Source of the DNA: an uncultured delta proteobacterium
GTDB lineage: Bacteria > Desulfobacterota > Syntrophia > Syntrophales > UBA5619
Assembly: GCA_963817385.1 (NCBI GenBank)
Contig: CAWFOM010000031.1
Span: forward strand, 64,001 to 128,000
Length of the DNA: 64,000 nucleotides
Direction of reading: 5' to 3'
Translations under genes and position numbers: made by a program
Shown here: positions 62,030 through 64,000 of the stretch, in pieces
Numbering within the stretch: position 1 is the first letter of the stretch
How the letters are laid out: each line of letters opens with the position of its first letter
The notes under the pieces: model-generated
The model's database searches: none
What the model was told of the DNA's origin: nothing
The model's input: only the letters and a program-made list of their open reading frames with translations

Positions 62030-64000
62030 ATGGCACTCAACATGGATGCAATCGGCAAGAAGATCGGCCCCATGAAGAAGGATTACACCTGGAAGGACGT
62101 GATTCTCTACGCAGTCGGCGTGGGAGCGGGGGTCGACGAGTTGGAATACACCTATGAGAAGAACCTGAAGGTGATCCCCAGTTTCTCCATCGCGGCGATC
62201 TTCGATTTCCTCGGTCAGGTCGGCGTCGCCTCCAACGTGAATCTGGCCGGGATCCTCCACGGCGAGCAGGAGCTGATCTTCCATAACCCGATCCCCACCG
62301 CGGGGGCGCTCACCACGGAAGGCAGGATCACCCACTACTACGACAAGGGGCAGAAGGGGGCCCTCGTCGTGGCCGAGAGCGATACCTTTCATTCGAACGG
62401 CACAAAGCTCTTCACGAACATCATCACGGTCTTCGCCCGCCTCGACGGCAACTTCGGCGGCGAGGACGCCCCTCCGAAGATCATCGAATTCCCGGAGCGG
62501 GAGCCCGACTTCGCCGTCGACGCCGCTCCTTCCCCCAACCAGGCGCTCCTCTACCGCCTCTCGGGCGATATCTTCCAGCTCCACGTCGATCCCGAATTCG
62601 CCACGATGGTCGGTTTCGACAAGCCGATCATGCACGGTCTGTGCACCCACGGCTTCGCCTGCCGGGCGCTGATGGCAAGCATCACGCCCGGGAAGCCGGA
62701 GCTGGTCCGGCGGCTCGCCTGCCGCTTCTCCCGGCCCCTCTATCCCGGCGACCCGATCCGGACGCTCATCTGGAAGACCGCCGAGGGGAAGGCCGTCTGG
62801 CGGACGATCAACACCCGGACCGGCGAGACGGTGATCGACAACGGCGTCTTCGAATACGGCGAGATCCCGAAGGACGAGATCCGGTTCGACGGGCGGGTGG
62901 CGATCGTCACCGGCGCGGGCGGCGGGCTCGGCCGCGTCTACGCCCTCGAATTCGCGAAACGGGGCGCGAAGGTCGTCGTCAACGACCTCGGCGGCGCCCG
63001 GGACGGATCGGGCAAGGGCTCGAAGACGCCCGCCCAGAAGGTCGTCGAGGAGATCAAGGCCCTGGGCGGCGAGGCGATCGCCAACTACGACACCGTCTCC
63101 ACCCCCGAGGGAGGCGAGCGGATCGTGAAGGCCGCCCTCGACGCCTTCGGGACGGTGGACATCCTCATCAACAACGCCGGGATCCTCCGGGACAAGAGCA
63201 TCCTCAAGATGGAGCCCGACACCTGGCAGGCGGTCCTCGACGTCCACCTGAACGGCGCCTACCACGTGACGAAACCCGCCTTCGCCGTCATGAAGGAGAA
63301 GGGGTACGGCCGGATCGTCATGACGACCTCCGCCGCCGGCCTCTACGGGAACTTCGGCCAGACGAACTACAGCGCCGCCAAGATGGGCCTCGTCGGCCTG
63401 ATGAACACCCTCAAGCTCGAAGGGGCAAAGTACGACGTCAAGGTGAACACGGTCGCCCCGATCGCCGCCTCGCGGCTCATGGCGGACATCATCCCCGCCG
63501 AGGTCCTCGAAACGATGAAGCCGGAGTTCGTCGCGCCGCTCGTCCTTTTTCTGTCGTCCGATAAGTGTCCGGTAACGGGACGTATCTACAACGCCGGCGT
63601 CGGCTACTACGGCCGGGCCGCCGTGATGACGAGCCCCGGCACGGTAATCGGCGACGGAAAACGAGTCCCCACGCTTGAGGAGGTAGGGGCGGCCTGGGAA
63701 CGGATCCAGAGCCTCACGGGGGCCAGGGAGTACGGACAACTGGGGGACCTGATGGGCGACATGCTCGCCGCCTTCACCCCGAAGCCGGTACAGTCCGCCC
63801 CGGCGCCTTTAAGCGCTCCGGCCGCACCGGCAGGCGGCGGAGGGGTCGCTTCGGTTGCGGCCGTCTTCGAGAAGATGCCCCAGGCCTTCCGGGCGGATAA
63901 GGCGGCGGGGGTGAACGTCGTCTTCCAGTACACGATCGCGGGCACCGGCGGCGGGGATTGGTTCGCCGAGATCAAGGACGGCGCCTGCAAGGTCGCGGCG
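62030..64000 (+). CDS. Multifunctional MaoC-type enoyl-CoA hydratase 2 / SDR 3-hydroxyacyl-CoA dehydrogenase / SCP2 protein (3' truncated by window; missing from the ORF track)
   Basis: Own translation from ATG 62030 (RBS AGGAGG): LYAVGVG, LHGEQ, YRLSGD..LHVDP..PIMHGLCT; TGAGGGLG, NNAGILRD, NYSAAK; then F.KMP.AF.ADKAAG..FQY.I.G.GGG.W (SCP2). Confidence 0.92.
   Translation, partial: MALNMDAIGKKIGPMKKDYTWKDVILYAVGVGAGVDELEYTYEKNLKVIPSFSIAAIFDFLGQVGVASNVNLAGILHGEQELIFHNPIPTAGALTTEGRITHYYDKGQKGALVVAESDTFHSNGTKLFTNIITVFARLDGNFGGEDAPPKIIEFPEREPDFAVDAAPSPNQALLYRLSGDIFQLHVDPEFATMVGFDKPIMHGLCTHGFACRALMASITPGKPELVRRLACRFSRPLYPGDPIRTLIWKTAEGKAVWRTINTRTGETVIDNGVFEYGEIPKDEIRFDGRVAIVTGAGGGLGRVYALEFAKRGAKVVVNDLGGARDGSGKGSKTPAQKVVEEIKALGGEAIANYDTVSTPEGGERIVKAALDAFGTVDILINNAGILRDKSILKMEPDTWQAVLDVHLNGAYHVTKPAFAVMKEKGYGRIVMTTSAAGLYGNFGQTNYSAAKMGLVGLMNTLKLEGAKYDVKVNTVAPIAASRLMADIIPAEVLETMKPEFVAPLVLFLSSDKCPVTGRIYNAGVGYYGRAAVMTSPGTVIGDGKRVPTLEEVGAAWERIQSLTGAREYGQLGDLMGDMLAAFTPKPVQSAPAPLSAPAAPAGGGGVASVAAVFEKMPQAFRADKAAGVNVVFQYTIAGTGGGDWFAEIKDGACKVAA

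Noticed and set aside
62006..63739. 577-aa minus-strand ORF
   Set aside because: Antisense shadow of the MaoC-SDR-SCP2 gene, which runs off the window.

Overview
Chromosomal segment of an anaerobic, GC-rich bacterium. The gene content (TTT transporters, dapF/dapL, PEP-CTERM, sigma54 promoters, glycyl radical enzyme, hgcAB) suggests Desulfobacterota/Syntrophales, which is an inference. It is a patchwork of housekeeping and transport genes: two TctABC clusters, dapF-dapL, a divergent ychF, a porin-mdtABC-OMF operon, DUF3300/DUF2950, MFS transporters and signalling proteins. These are interleaved with AT-richer accessory islets, gene relics and palindromic repeats. Highlights: (1) A mercury-methylation hgcA-hgcB pair apparently co-transcribed behind a Cys-rich MarR from a probably leaderless, palindrome-covered promoter. 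It lies back-to-back with an ArsR whose operator-like palindrome occurs twice, and near a Cys-tailed ECF sigma/CMD operon with its own ECF-type promoter, forming a candidate three-regulator metal(loid)-sensing hub. (2) An unannotated ~155-nt rod-shaped, 6S-like ncRNA with its own promoter and U-tract downstream of a cold-shock gene. (3) A 33-bp, 11-bp-periodic motif shared by the porin-mdtABC and DUF3300-DUF2950 promoters 12 kb apart. (4) An orphan glycyl radical enzyme preceded by what may be an activase remnant. (5) A TA/SBD-HNH defence islet with a duplicated HNH tail. Several single-base frameshifts (including in hgcA) could be long-read indel errors rather than pseudogenes. No CRISPR array, tRNA, rRNA or intact transposase was seen.
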